From assembly GCA_012295275.1 (NCBI GenBank), contig CM022665.1, positions 37,758,001 through 37,822,000 on the forward strand: a DNA stretch of 64,000 nt, in the 5' to 3' direction. Under the pieces are notes generated by a model that worked only from the letters and a program-made list of their open reading frames with translations, was not told where the DNA came from and made no database searches. Source of the stretch: Chrysomallon squamiferum. Its lineage: Eukaryota; Animalia; Mollusca. The position numbers and the translations under genes are program-made. Positions within the stretch are counted from its first letter, which is position 1; every line of letters starts with the position of its first letter. Positions 30,855 to 54,583 of this stretch are shown here, piece by piece.

Positions 30855-31290
30855 TCGAACAATTTATCTGACTTCCAGTAATCTGGAAAATCCAGAAAAC
30901 TGGCTATTTTTATAACTGGCTACGTTTGAATTAGGCAGCGTTTTCAGTTTCCTTGACGCCAGTTCAAGTGAGAGTGGCGCTGTGTACGGCTGATCTCTTA
31001 CAATAAGTTATTATTTGTTGCAGTTTATTCTCAGTTTCATTTATTATCATGTCTAAAAGACTAGCAGAAACACAGCTTGCTGGTGAAAAGCTTATTTTAT
31101 TCAGCTATTTTAAGAATTGTAAGTGAATTAATAAAGATCAAACAGACCCTCTTTTTAGTGTATTAATTCGTATCTGTTAAATACAGTTTTATATTTCATT
31201 GCATATTTTATATTTTTATTAAAGATTTAGCCTGTATCCAGAAATCCGACAAATCAAGAAATCCAGACAACTTTATGCTTGCCAGATAAA
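30855..31290. mobile_element. Possible old MITE with degenerate inverted termini
   Basis: ATTTATCTG at the left end and CAGATAAAT at the right end, with repeated ATCCAGA/TCTGGA subterminal units, embedded in an (AGT)n tract. No clear target-site duplication. Confidence 0.35.
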
Positions 31291-31942
31291 TGGATATATA
31301 TAGTAGAAACAGTAGTAGTAGTAGTAGTAATAGTAATAGTAGTAGTAGTAGCAGTAGTAATAGCAGCAGAGTCGTAGTAGAAGCAGTGGTAATAATAGTA
31401 GTGGTAAGAACAGTAGTTGTATTATAGAAATAAATACATAACCTTCAGTCAGGGAAAACAAAGGGGTGGCGAGGATGATCTACGTATGATACACAGTTTT
31501 CATGTGAACGTCTAACCTAACTAGGCAGAACGGAAGTGAAGTATACCATTACCTGATTTACATTCCGTTTTGAAAGACGAGTTTTAATAGCAAAACCTGA
31601 CAGGCGTGTGATTACCAGTTTAACAAGGAAGACGTACCAGCTGGTAAACGGCTGGCCGGGCCTCTGTACTGGAAAGTTTGAAAAACGAAGACAAAGAATA
31701 AAATAGTTTTCGAATTAAAATTATTTACAATCTTTAGTGGTTCTTTTGAAACTGGGTTAATTACTACTTGTTGTGTAACTTTTAAAATAATTTTTAATTA
31801 AAATTACTGTTGAACTCTGGTTCATTTAATTTCCGGTTCTTTTCGATGTATTTGATGGCTCAGAACTTAAGACAGGGTACGTAAAACTGGTGTCCTGTTT
31901 GGAAAGGTGTACAATTACAGTATCGACTTTTCTGTAAGTAAT

Positions 31943-31981
<39 letters not shown>

Positions 31982-32076
31982 GCTTTCGGAAGATACGGTA
32001 ATCCTGGGAAACAGGAAAGGCTATTACCATCTGAAGTATACTCAAACTCTTAAATGATTTTTCAACTTTTTTTATT

Positions 32077-32597
32077 GACCATGTTCTTCATATAACATTC
32101 AAATAAATATAAATGTAAAATGTAAAAATATAACTATAATAAATAATTTATTCCAGACTTCCAAAGAGAAAAATATCGGTTAAACTCTACAACAACGTAT
32201 TTTATCAAATGTGACCAAGATAAAAATACGAAATGAAATGTCATAGAAATGACAAATTTTTTGCGGTAGTACACACTTCGCAAGACGCATACGTCACATA
32301 GAATAACTGCATTGCAGTTTTACGACTCCGTATAGCACAGCTATATTACCGTTTTACACAACATCGTTCAAATACATCAAACGTATTTTACACAATATTG
32401 TTCAAATACATCAAACATATTTTACACAATATCGTTCAAATACATCAAACGTATTTCAACAAGAAATGTGTTATAATCTAAAAATAGACTAAAACATGTT
32501 TACATTGGAAAAAGTGAACTGCACCTCATAACAGAGCTGACACTCTTGCTTAAGTGAACGATACCGTATATTTAGACTTTTAACTCTATTTCCTAAA
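32077..32597 (+). repeat. Dispersed repeat, blocks A+B, with an internal ~33-bp triplication
   Basis: The left part matches 25155-25352 and the right part matches 42078-42306. TTTACACAAcATCGTTCAAATACATCAAACGTA occurs three times at ~32353-32455. Confidence 0.85.
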
Positions 32598-34970
32598 CTC
32601 CTCTAAATCGATTTACATTCTTCAATACGTAATCTATATTTCTATCTTGGTCAGTTTGGTCTCTTAATCTGATTTTGAACGTATTCTTGAAGAAAAACAA
32701 ATATCACTAAAAGTAAATTATTTTAATTTATTGAAATAAACGTCGAGCTGACGTCTAGTCAGATATAACAAACAATATATATATTTATTTAACATTTAGT
32801 TAATTATATATCATGGAAAAAACTAGTTAAAGGACACTATTCTTAAAACAAACTGTAACATTTATATGGGTTTTTTTTGTTGAGAATTTGTAACAGGACT
32901 GTTGTATCGGAAAGAGAATCGCAGTAGTTAAATTTACAAGTTCAGTAAGGTTCTCATGTGCTATACGTATTCCTTCATAAAGAATATTACAGAAAATTGA
33001 TCAAATAACGTATAGTTAGTTATACTGTATCCACTTATCTTCTCATTTTAACAGAAACAAATATATCATTTACGTCATTGGGGTGAATTTTAGAGGATTT
33101 TATTTTCACACTATACACAAAGTTAAAATATAAAGTAATAAAAGAAAGCAAAAAGAAATAATTAAGTTTCTAAGACAGCACTTCAAGTCAGTTACATGAA
33201 CAGAGCCTACGATTCAGACTAAAATACATAAGAATTATTATCAGCGAAACAACTCACAACATTTTATGAATTAAGGAAAACAAAGTGCACCAAGACAATA
33301 TTTTCAAGTTATTACAAAAAAAACTTACTTTTATTCATAAACCTAAGAGCCATTTGAAAGTTTTATACAGACGGCTTGTTTGGTTCCTTAATATTTTTAA
33401 AGTGGTCTTGATTTTTCTTTCATGTTTTATCTGAACTGACACTGAATGCCTCTTTTGAATTTACAGTTTTAATACTAATATATGGTGGTGAAACTTTCTG
33501 AATTTGAAACTAGTTAATAAACGCAGATGATTTTTTATTTTGACAAGAATTAATATCATCAGTTCAGATGTCTACAATACTACCTGCATTTTGTATTATA
33601 ATAGTTTTTATAGAGTGGGGGGAAAATCTTTCAGCTGAGAGAAGCATCTATCTGTGCTTTTATGTATATACGATGCAGTCACATAACAGAGAAAGTTAAT
33701 TTTTTTCATAACGTTCATTTTCTGTTGCATTGTATTTTAGTTTTTTGATTAAATAATATTATATCAAAGTCAGAAAAGGGTTCGGTTTGTTCAAATACTA
33801 TCAGTGGTATCTGGATATTGTGTTTCACTTGTTTGTGGGACGACTGGGTTTAAATGATTATTATAATAAAAATACGACTCAAGTATCCCTTATTTATTAT
33901 GGAGCATGCAAAATCCAGGGACTGGAATGACATCATGATGCTGATTGGGCGAATACCCAAAGCGTTGACAAAATTTACAGCACCCAGGATTAAATTTAAA
34001 AAATCAAAAAAAAAAAAAAAAATTATAATAATAATAAAATAAAATAAGATTCCACACACTATAGCACCACAACAAAAGTGAAAATTTACATCGTGTGTAT
34101 CACCGAATCCGTTCTCAACACGAACATGTTAGAACACCGTAACTCACAGCAAGTGTTCGGTTGTCTTTTTTTCAGTTTAAGGTTTGTTACCGTTAGAACT
34201 CTCACAAACGTATTTACAACTGTACAGTATTTACATGAAATCAGATTCGAAGAAAACAAAAGTCTACATGTGATGCATTTCAGACCAGATGCCATTTCAG
34301 TGCAGATGAGTGTGTTCTGTAATGGAATGGTTTTCAAGTGGTAAATTCACAAACTTGCTACACTAAACTCCGTTCCCTGCTATTAAGACTAGAAGCACTA
34401 ATGCTGATATGAATGATAATGCTCGTTCTAAGTTTTTAAGTTAACTGCCACTAAATTTGGCGATTTTTAATTAACAGATAGGCACTTTAATTCCAATCCA
34501 AGGCTACGGGTAGACAACAATTTAAATTAGTTTTTTGGGCTAGCGTCTGAAACTATAAGCTTGCGCATACGCTGAATCATTAGTACATCTTCAACAAAGT
34601 CACGTTTATCTTTCATCTTAGTAAAACACCCTTAAAGCAAGTTGTTTCGAAACTGATCTATCTTCAGGCATGTTTTATCCAACGTCTGGTGTACATCTGT
34701 AACTTCCGACATTCTATGCACGGTAGCTGAACGCAAGGACGTTAATCTTCCAAACAACTGGACATGAATGAAGCTGGCGGTTTTTTTTGTTTGTTTGTGG
34801 TTCTCACTGGTGAACGGTAGACCAATATTCATGGTGCTCTTTTTTCCCGGCTATTTCCGGGACGGCTAATAGTGACGATGAAGTAACCCCTATCCCGCGA
34901 TCTGCAGCGTAGCATGCAAGAAAGTGAGAACGGGTAACTGGGACATTGATTTCATTAACGTGTCGTCTGT

Positions 34971-43491
<8,521 letters not shown>

Positions 43492-44400
43492 ATCCGCTTG
43501 TCAAGCTTACGCGAAAAATTATAGTAGTAGTAAAAAAAAAAACTGTTCCAGGCTTACGCGCTTCTCAATAAACGTCTGCAGTTGTGCGTCTCATCCAAGG
43601 ACGCTAAGAAATTCTGCCCTGCCATTCCCGCAGAAGTAATTTATAGGTTCATGCGATTACGTGTTTGTTTCGCTGGAATGTTGCGGTCAAAAGGTAAGTA
43701 TTGCAAACAGGATGTTCAATTGATGAGAAATAACAAGACGTTTTCGCGTATTTTGTTTCAGCCCTTTTGCCATATTTGTCATGCAATGAGTTTCAAGAGC
43801 GTTGCTATTGGTCAACAGAAAATATTTTCCCACGAAGGGCGTGGCTTATGAAAATAAGTCGCGTGCCGATTTGCTCTCTTCGCTTATTGATAACAATACT
43901 CGAGGTTTTCCGTGGGAGAGAAAAACACGTGGGTGAACAGGGAAACAGTTAACTGAGATAGAAACAAGGTTTTTAGCTAATAAAATCTGTATGTGCTGGA
44001 TTTTTTCCCCTCCACTACAAAGAGTGTGCTTGCTTAGATAAGTTATTAATGGGTCGTACTTATATATGGCCAATATGTAGATGATAAAATATTTACTAGA
44101 AACACGTTCTCAGCATTACTGAAATATCTCCAGCTTGATACAAACGAGTAGGTGTATCGAAAAAAAAAAAAAAAAAAAAATGAATAAGTAAAATATTACT
44201 AAATAAGTGAAGAGAAAGGGAAAGTGTAGTTTCTTCGTAAACGGTTAGTAGCGGAGTTGTTTATTCCCTTACGTAAAAGACTAGTGAATGAGGCGCCAGG
44301 CCCAATTTTCTAGTCTATTGAGAGTTAGTGTCAGAAACAAGTATGTTAATGTCAACCAAAGGAGGAGAAAAAAATTACAGAAAGAATTTTGTTTTTTACT

Positions 44401-44483
<83 letters not shown>

Positions 44484-45087
44484 TACAGAGAAAGAAAGAA
44501 ATACAGTGACAGAAGTATGGAGAGAAAAGAGAAAATGATACAGAGAATGAGAAAGATGAGAGTGAAAGAGAGCAGGAAAAATAGAACATTATAGAAGAAA
44601 AAAAAAAATTAGAATTAGCTATTTCTGGAATCTGCATCGACAGCGTAAAATACTCAGTTAGTAAACTTTTAGAAAAAATTCAAGGAAGTATCATGCACTT
44701 TAGCATATCCCAGGCAGTAAGTCTGTGGACCTTTCCCTTTTTTCTTATTGTTCGTCTTTCAATAAATCGATTGACCGCACACAAACAAATGTGTATTAGT
44801 CTTAACTATCTCAGTAGCTGTAAATAAAAATGTGTTTTACTCTGTAAATTCTAGTGTGAAACATAAACCTGTTTTCATTAAATGTTTGAAAGAGCGGCAA
44901 GACCCCAAAAGCTAACTTCACAAAACAGAACGACAAAACAGGAAACATGAAACCAAAATTAAACGCCATATAAACAGTAAAAGGACAAAACGAACAAAGA
45001 ATTTCGTTTTCTTTACACGCTCGTTAACCAGACTCCATTAATACTGTATAGTAAATAAACTAATAAATGTTAATCTACCTTATGTAT

Positions 45088-45120
<33 letters not shown>

Positions 45121-45135
45121 AAATGAAAGAGGAAA

Positions 45136-45179
<44 letters not shown>

Positions 45180-45661
45180 AGAAAGAATAAGGGATTAATA
45201 AAATACAATTTATTAAAAAGAGCACATATTAAACACTTGAGTGTTAATAGTTATTAAACAAACCATCTAAATATTAAAGATTATCATAATATATTGCACA
45301 ATGGTAAGCGATTATCATGTGTATTAAATATTAAAAGGCGCTGTAGTTTTGAGCAGTATGACGTATAAACAACGAAATACCACAGGTTTCCTAACTTCAG
45401 CAAATAATAATTTTTAGAACGAGGAGAAAAAATAATTGAGGCCAGAATACAGATTTTTTTCTTTCAACAAACACTGGCTTTGTGACATGTATACTTACAT
45501 TTCCAGTATGTCTATAACAATGCATCATACAAACATAGAAAGAATCTTTATTTTTTTCTGTAAGCAGATTTTGAAAATTACCAATGATAATCTTTTGCAT
45601 CATTTGTTTTCTTTAAATCGATTTTGATTTTTATCTCTCACCCACTTAGTTTCTACCATTT

Positions 45662-45761
<100 letters not shown>

Positions 45762-46275
45762 TTTCCATCTCTGTACATCTTCTCATTTGTTATTGTTATA
45801 TTTTTTCTCCGTTGTTATTTTAAAAGTTTTTGCAGCAGAACGTATGGCTTTAATGCACCTGCTTATCAAAACAAACAGTCGACAGCTGGTCTATGCTGTG
45901 TTGCCAAACTTCTCAGGGGAAAGTGCCAATTACGTTTTGAGAATGGTGCAACGTTTTTGTAGTAGATCGTAGAACGCACGTCGTAGGAAGTTGGTTTGAC
46001 TGGTTCATTATTCGTGTCCTAGGTCAGATAGATCAGTTAGCATTTCGTATTTCATTGCAAATAATTTTAAGTCAGCTAATCTGAAACCTGCTCGATAATA
46101 TTTAAGCAGAGAAAAGGAACATATTTCCACACAACAGACTGAAATGGAACAGACATACAAATCTATACATGTACACGTACTGGCATACATACACGCACAC
46201 ACGTATTTATCCAAACCTACATACATACATCTACATATTCTCCTTTTCTCTCTCTATTAATTTACTTATTTATTT

Positions 46276-46365
<90 letters not shown>

Positions 46366-46688
46366 AAGAAAAAAACCCAGATCTGGCAGCTAGACGTGGT
46401 ACTTCAAGGGTAGTATTTGTCATGACGTAACCATTTAAGTGTGGCTAACAGTAGCCATGCCAGGAAAGAAAACATCTTTTTTTACCCCCTTTTTATCCCA
46501 CTGTGAATACAGCGTTGATATCAGATAAAAGAAATCTTAATGTTTGTCCATCAACGAACATACTCTAGTGTTATTACAAATGGCCATGCAGGTGAAATAA
46601 AATAAATATTTATAACACTGTTCTATTATTTTTTACAAATTTTCATAACAAATATATAAAAATAAAAACCTCTTGTTTGTTTTTCTTA

Positions 46689-46719
<31 letters not shown>

Positions 46720-47043
46720 TAGGAATTTATCTCCTACAGCTATTTTAGTAGTTTTAATCACAGGTTCGAAGCTAGGTCACAAAAACTTCTTTTGTTCTTT
46801 TCTTTTCTTTTTTTTTTTTTTTTTTTTTTTTTTACTCCCTAACCTTTTATTAACTTCAATCGTGATACATTTATTTTATTTTAATTCCAAAATGTTTGCA
46901 ATATTCTAATTCAGTTACATTGGTTACATATCTAGATTAATTACAATTAAACTAATAAATGAAGTTTTAAGAAAGGGGTGGTAGCACTCTAACTGTGACA
47001 CACACACGTATATATTCGAAGAAAAACAAAAATGACACCGATC

Positions 47044-47087
<44 letters not shown>

Positions 47088-48123
47088 TTTTAAATACTGA
47101 TTAGTTATATTCGATTAAAATAATTATATACAACCCGATATTTCTAAAAAATTGACAGAAATAGGTAATTTTAAATATGCTTTATGGATTTCAGAGGCAA
47201 TGAAATCACTTGCTAATTAAAAAGGCAGAGTAAGTACCGCGCCTTTTAATTAACTGTCGAATCGTTTTAGATAACATACATCCTAAACGCTATAAAGGCG
47301 GTTGTAAAAATATGCCAGTACAATGGAAAGATAATAAAATCAGTCTGTAATTTCAATGTTATGATACCGATTCGTTCAGCTCTTTCATTGACGTGTCCCT
47401 TGGCCTGAATAACATGCCATCAACTAAGGGGAATAATTTGGATTACAATTAATGTTCGTATAGCAAAGAGTTACTTCCCATTTGCAAATATAGACGTTTG
47501 CTTTTCTCTCCGGCATGTTTTAAATAATAATACAATATAATAATAATAATAATAATGTGCTAGATTTACATTATATTTTTTATAATAATATGCCACAATT
47601 TTGGATGTGTTTTTTTCAAACTAATTAAACAGAACAATTTAGTCAAATATCCAGTAAATTTTTTTTAATAAAAAATCAAATTCTATACAAAGTGATTTTT
47701 TTGGTTATAAATATCATATCTGTACACAATACAGATGCACACAAATTTAAACAGTAAGCATTAAAAAAACCCACAGAAATAACCATTATATTTACAAATC
47801 ATTTTAGAAATGTAACTCAAACGTGGCAAGTCACCAGTATCATTTTACACATAATCTTTATTAGTAAAAACATTTTCTTTTTAGTACAGTACATGGATAT
47901 TTAATAAAATATCAATCTTTTATTTTTCAAATATTCAAATATTTTTGTTAGTATGCATACATTACTATGAAAAAAAGAGATAAATAAATAAAGCTGTATA
48001 TAATATCTATAAAAATTAAATGAGGTAACTCTTTATGGTAAATAAAATTTTGGTAGTGAATCTGAACAGTATCTGCAACAGAATAGTGGAGATTTCTGAC
48101 TGAAGTGTTTTAATGCAACATGG

Positions 48124-48183
48124 TTACTGTCCCTCTCTCATCTTCATTATTATTCTGGTTCCCATTCTGCAAGCAATTCTGTA

Positions 48184-48239
<56 letters not shown>

Positions 48240-48463
48240 TTAGAACAATAGTAATGGTATAAAGGTTAAGCTAACAATCTAAAAAAACAAGGAAAATTAT
48301 ATGCCATTAATTTGCTTCCTAATATTTGAACCATTGTATTAGATTGACATAAAACAGTTTCAGTAAACAATGCAAGCTTAGTTCAGAATTAAATTAATTT
48401 TATAATTATTTGAAATTGTTTTATTTAAACATAACATTGTTACCATACAATCCAGTACTTCTG

Positions 48464-48506
<43 letters not shown>

Positions 48507-48807
48507 TTTTTGTTATGAAATAAGCTTTGGAACTATTTGACCGACAACTTTGAAATTTCTTATTACTGAAATCTAAAAAATTGAAAAAAATTATTTATTC
48601 CACATACTTTCTTGCATATGTTGGAAAATACTGTGAAATATACATAAATGCAAGAACTGGATTCAGGGATATCCATGCCTCATCCAGACGATTTGCCATG
48701 GCAACTGCTATGAGATGGGCACATCTAGATGTTTGCATTCGTTTCTCATTTGGGTTCATTTCCCGATTGGCAACCTGTAATAAGGTAATCAAATAAACAT
48801 TTATACG

Positions 48808-48865
<58 letters not shown>

Positions 48866-51800
48866 GTCACAAGTATTTATAAATTAAAACAAAACAAGTA
48901 GATAATGAAACAAATCTATCCATCCCAATAATAATAAAAACAACAATGACATCAGTTATAATAATGATAACGGTAAAACTAATGATGATGATGTTAATGA
49001 CAACAACAACAATAATAAAGTACTGAATTATAATCAGTAATAAAAATAATAACAACAACGATATCCACTGATGATGATATTTTAAAATATGTGTTTCATG
49101 CCAAAGACACAGCTCAACCGACAAATGTGAGAAAGAAGTAATAATCATATTTATAAGTAATAAACAATTATTAGTATTCTACTTAACAAAAATCAGGATA
49201 TATTTCCTTCCTCAAGCAACTCGGACTAATTACTTATTTCTGTACTTGTACATTCATTTCAGATTTGTAGTTCATTATGCTAATAGTTTGGTCTGGGATT
49301 ACATTCAGATTTCTTCTCAATATAATTTTTGTCTTTTATTGCTTTTGGTTTTTTAATTTTTTAATTTTTTTATTAAGAATTGAAAAGTTATTAACAATAA
49401 AATTTGTTTAAATGAATGTATTCGATTTTCCTATTGCTTTTTTGCTCTGATCATTTTATTAAGTTATCATGTTGCTGTTGCTGATTTTTACTCTGTTCTT
49501 TGCTAAATATAAATATTTATTAGCTAATTTTTTTCATGTTCATGCATCATACACCATTTCAGAAATACATATATACATGTAAGTTACCTGTCCTTTCTCC
49601 TCTGTAAAAGCCACTTTGAGAACGTTAGAGAAAACTGGACCAGGACAAATCATAGTTATAGCAATTTTATGCGGATATGCTTCAATTCTTAATGATTCAA
49701 AGAAACCCTTGAAAAGACAAAATAATAATAATATTAAGAAGAAGAAGAAGAAGATGAAGAAAAAAAAAAAAAAAAAAAAAAAAAAGATATTAAAGAACAT
49801 TAAAGTTGAGAAATTAATTCAAATTTTGTGAAAGCTAATCATCAAGTTATGTTGTATGCAAAATATAACAATTTAAATGAGAATGATAACACTAATGTTA
49901 TTAATATACTTTACTATAATGATAATAATAACAGATAATCATCTAACACAATAACAGTAACAGGAATTTTACCATAAAAAGAGAAGCAGTATCGTAATAA
50001 GAAAAGAAGTTCTATCAACTTACATGAAGAGCATGCTTTGATCCAGTGTATGATCCAGAGTAGGGAGCACCTGTTGAAATAACAAAATATTAGAGTTTTA
50101 ATTTTTTTTAAAAGACAGTTTGTTATACAATTCACCATTGCCAGTAGATTTATGAGGTCCATTTTCTAAGAAAAGCCTTTACCAATAATCACAAAACAAT
50201 GGTTAATTTCAAAATATCAACTCGAAAAATGATTCTGCTTTTGAGCCTGATATTAATAATCAATTTAACATATGAAAGAATTAACATTATCATTTACTTT
50301 TAGCAGCAAAAAACCTTCCGACCAGTGATTGCGTGTGGTTAAAATTATTACTACAGTTAAATATTCATTTCAAACAAAAAATTAAAATGTTTTTGAATAG
50401 ATTAGAATTTCTGTAACCTAGTTTTCCGACCACACTGCTCACTACAACAATGTGTCCATCATTGCGCTCTATCATGTGAGGAAGTACAGCTTTTGTGACA
50501 GACAGCATGCCGATGACGTTCAACTCCAACACTTCTCTGTGAACGTCTATTGATATCTTTCCCCATGCTGCTCTTTGTGAACGTCCTGCATTGTTCACCA
50601 GAATATCAATCTACAAACACATATTCACAATGTTATGTAGTTCACATATTTAAGAAATGTTTTTCTGTACATAAATAAATATTATATATATGTATGTATG
50701 TATAAGAAATAATTATTTGTGTGTACATGTATTTGTACATTAGATTCTACATATATGAGCATGTCCAACATAAATACTAGAAATTGATGTTACATGTTTA
50801 CCTAGTCTTGACTGGTTTATTTAATACATATTTAGCAATGCTAATACTCTCACTCAGTTAAAACTGACATCTGTCTTAAACACATGTTAAACAGCTATTT
50901 ATGTTGTCCATTTAACTCATCAAATGACCACTTCTCAAAAAACACACTGTATTACTCATCTGTTAAGTGTTACCATGTTAATGGTAGTTTATAATTTAAT
51001 TTTCACCTGCCCTGTATCTTAATGTCAAGGACAATACATAATCATATAAATTCAAATATAAATTAAAAAGATAATGAATTTTAAAAATTCGGGACTGACA
51101 TCATGGTATTATTTATATATTAACACAACTAAATCAATTTTAATAAAATAAAATTATATAAAATAAAATGTTTTAAAGAAATTCAGAATTTGCTTTTTGA
51201 ATATAATTGTTAGTAAAAACAAGAATTTTTAAAAATTGCTGAAGTAACCAAGAATAACATTCAGATAAACATATATAAAAAATAAATTAAACAGAACACT
51301 GATGTTACTAATATAATATTTATAAATAATATATATAAAAATAAATAAAACCTTATTAAAGTAATTCAGAACTGACGTCACTGCCTGTGAATGAGTGCTG
51401 CATTGTAAAACGTCCAGTGGTAATATTAAAATGTCATCATCTTGGACATTTTTGTTTGCTGAAACAAAATTATTACTATTAACTCTAAATGTTCAAATAA
51501 GATTAATTGTAAAATAATCAAACATGAAATCCTGAAACAAATTCTGTATTCAAAACAGTAAAATATTTCCAAACAGGCCATCAAGTTAGATTCTGTAACA
51601 ACATTTTCACTTATGTGTAAGATACTAACAATCTAAAAGTATCAGTTTAAAAATCTTAAGTTACATAGTGCTTTCACTGTACAGAAACTTTGTTTCAAGC
51701 ATAAAATTATTTTAAATATTGTATAAAACTACATTCAGGCTATGTGTAGAAACAGTGTATGTCATAATTTCACTTGTCTCTGTTACTCATTATCTTCCAC

Positions 51801-52587
51801 AACCTGAGATCCTTTCAGATCAAGAGTATTGGATCTCATATGCTAAACAATTACTTAATAATATGTGAATTGAGTATTTCTAACTTGCCAGCTTTTAATT
51901 ACACATACAGAGACATTTTTTTTTCACTCTCTCAAGTTCCTTTTCTCTTCTGGCAGATAGGACTAATCTGCATCCAGCTTTAGCCAACTCATAGGACAGG
52001 AACTCGCCTATTCCACTGGATGCACCCACAATCCAAACAACCTTTCCCTTTAGTGTGCCTGAAATATAATAATTAAAAAATGTTTATATATATTTTCCAA
52101 CTATAAAGTACTTAATCCTTATTTCATATTTTGTATTAAAACATTATATGACAAAATAACAATTCTCAGCCCGAATTACTTTTGTGGAAATGTTCTGTAT
52201 GTGTTACCATACGCACAACACATACACACGCACACACATACACAATTACAAAAATATGCATATACAAAGATACACAGGCACAAAACACACATTTAAACAT
52301 ACAAACATTGTCCAGTATATTCTGTAATAAATTTTAAACATTACTTCCTCCTTAGTTATCAACATTTAACTAACCCCGACGTCATTCTTAATTATTTTAC
52401 ATCTAGTAAATGTATTTAGAATCTTCTGTATTAATTAATGGATTCTTTGGATGGGGTACATACTTGGTTTTTTACCAAATACAGTTGCCCATTGTAGTGT
52501 AAGGTCACAGTCTGCGAGGCAGAGACGTCCTACCTGAACACACAGGTAAGTAACTATCACTGCTAACACAATCCAAAGTACATCCAT
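48124..52587 (-). CDS. DHRS7: Dehydrogenase/reductase SDR family member 7 (~320 aa, 8 coding exons)
   Basis: Exons 52464-52587, 51909-52058, 51352-51458, 50418-50610, 50024-50070, 49588-49707, 48608-48774 and 48124-48178 join in frame (963 nt). The protein has an N-terminal hydrophobic anchor followed by ADCDLTLQW, the Rossmann motif [32 protein letters not shown], catalytic YTGSK, CPGPVFS and [17 protein letters not shown], all typical of DHRS7. Confidence 0.93.
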
Positions 52588-52699
52588 TTCTCTACAAAAA
52601 TATTAACAATAACAACAACAAAAATAATAATAATCATAATAATAAAATACCAAACTTCCAAACTGATTAGCAGCATACAGCATAAAACTATTGGTGCCA

Positions 52700-53840
52700 A
52701 AATAATGCAAAGGCATTAACTGATTCTGATGCTGCCATGTTTGTTGTGAATTTACTGGTTGAGAAATCGTCACCATATTCTATAGATACCGATGGTGTCC
52801 ATGTGCAGATGCATCATGAACCACTTTTTATGGCTGATACTAACAAGCTGACAGTAATTTAGTGAAAGAAATGGAGAAACAAGATAAAGCAAGATCTCAT
52901 AATTATAAGCAATTTGTATCAATCAGGGAAGTAAGTTCTGATGTTAATTGTGTAGCTTGTGTATTTTTAAGCAATTTTGTTTTATAAACTGAAATTCTTT
53001 TTAATTTTGTTTGTTGTTTTCATTCAAAATAATTTTGTTTATTTATTATTATTTTTATTATTTTTTTGATTCGTTATACTTATCAGAAGCATTTATAAGA
53101 AAGCTACATAGGACACAAGTCGGGTTTAAAAAAAAAAAAAAAATTAATGTAACAAATTATGAAAGTACATCTGTCCTTAATCCGCCCCATTTTGTGTTAA
53201 GGCGTCATCCAGAATTCACTTACTGCATTACTTTTGGTTTTTCAAAATTATTTTTTGTTACTGAAAATCAGAAACATTCCATCACTGCACCGTAAACATC
53301 ATGCATTAGGCCTGAAATAACAAATTACTTTAGTTTCTACTGTGGTATACATTTGCTAATGTAATGTATTGTTTTAAAGGAAGTAGGCTAGCAAGTATGC
53401 TAAAATCAAAGTTGCATACTGCCGATAGAGTGAACAACGACTGACCTTTGTTGACATATGATTTTTACAGACTGTGAAAGACAAAGATTGGAGGGAGAAG
53501 GTATCTAAGAAGAAACAAAAGTTCATTACTAGCTGCAGTAACTTTAAGAAGAGTCCATTTTAATTAAAGATAAAATACATGACCTCAGACAGTATAAGCT
53601 AAAAACAAATTTGCATCAAGGTTTAATTATTACGCTGCTCAGTAGCTAACATTATCTGATATATAAGTAAGATATGGTAAATAATGTTATATTTTTTGTT
53701 TACAATCTAACATTCCTTACTTTAAAATGGTATAAACCGCGAGATCAAAACATGGCGTGTGTCATGTGACAGAAATTAAAGCTGCTGTCAACTGTGACAC
53801 GGACAGAGGGTTCTTTGTTAATTTGCATGTATCTTCACGT
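52700..53840. promoter_or_regulatory. Divergent promoter region between DHRS7 and TECPR2
   Basis: The two start codons point away from each other about 2 kb apart, and CpG dinucleotides reappear locally. YY1-like AACATGGC motifs occur on the minus strand (~52734-52741) and plus strand (~53749-53757). GTCATGTGAC lies at 53761-53770. Plus-strand donors: gtaagt at 52931 and gtaagc at 53839. Confidence 0.6.
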
Positions 53841-54583
53841 AAGCTGAAAAATCCGTTGTATAATTTTTATTATCGCTTTCTTTCCATATTATAATAAATT
53901 AAAGAAACAATGAATGAATTGACGGTACAGACTGTTTTCAGTATTTATAAATATAAACGAGACAAATCCCCTGAAATCGAAACTGTTATGTAAATAAAAA
54001 CAGTGCACACTGATAGGAACATTCGATTCACAGAACAAAATAAATATAATTGCTCATATACTGATACATGTTTTATTTATTTTTTATCTTTATGATTAAT
54101 AAACAGGTTACAGAAATCGGCAAATCAGCCAAATGAGCAATACGCGTTGAACAAAAAAAAAAAAATCCCGAACGGACATTAGCATATATTCTTAAATTGA
54201 TTTTGACAGAAAATGTCTTTTGTTGTTGTTGTTGTTGTTGCCTTTTATGTAGAACGATATGTCGTTGCGATAAATGAATATAATCCACAGAATAATTTAA
54301 TAAAAAGTTGTATATTTTTGATCAAGTTGTTTTGTTTATCAAGGGACGTAATTCATTTTTGCAGATAGCCTAATAGGAACATTTGTATGGCCATAACTAC
54401 GATTCACATTTATCTTTTATAATTTACTCTTTAATTATCAGTAAAAAATATTAAAATTAAAAATGGATTATACATTATTTATTTATTTTTATTTTTCAGT
54501 ACAAACTGAGATGCATCATGAATCACCTATAACTACTGATGCAGATATAAGCAGGTTAACTAAAAGCAATTTGGTAAAAAAAA

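Noticed and set aside
52005-52035. VGASSGIG instead of TGASSGIG as a sign of an inactive DHRS7
   Set aside because: The glycines, NNAG and catalytic YxxxK are intact, so this is a tolerable substitution.
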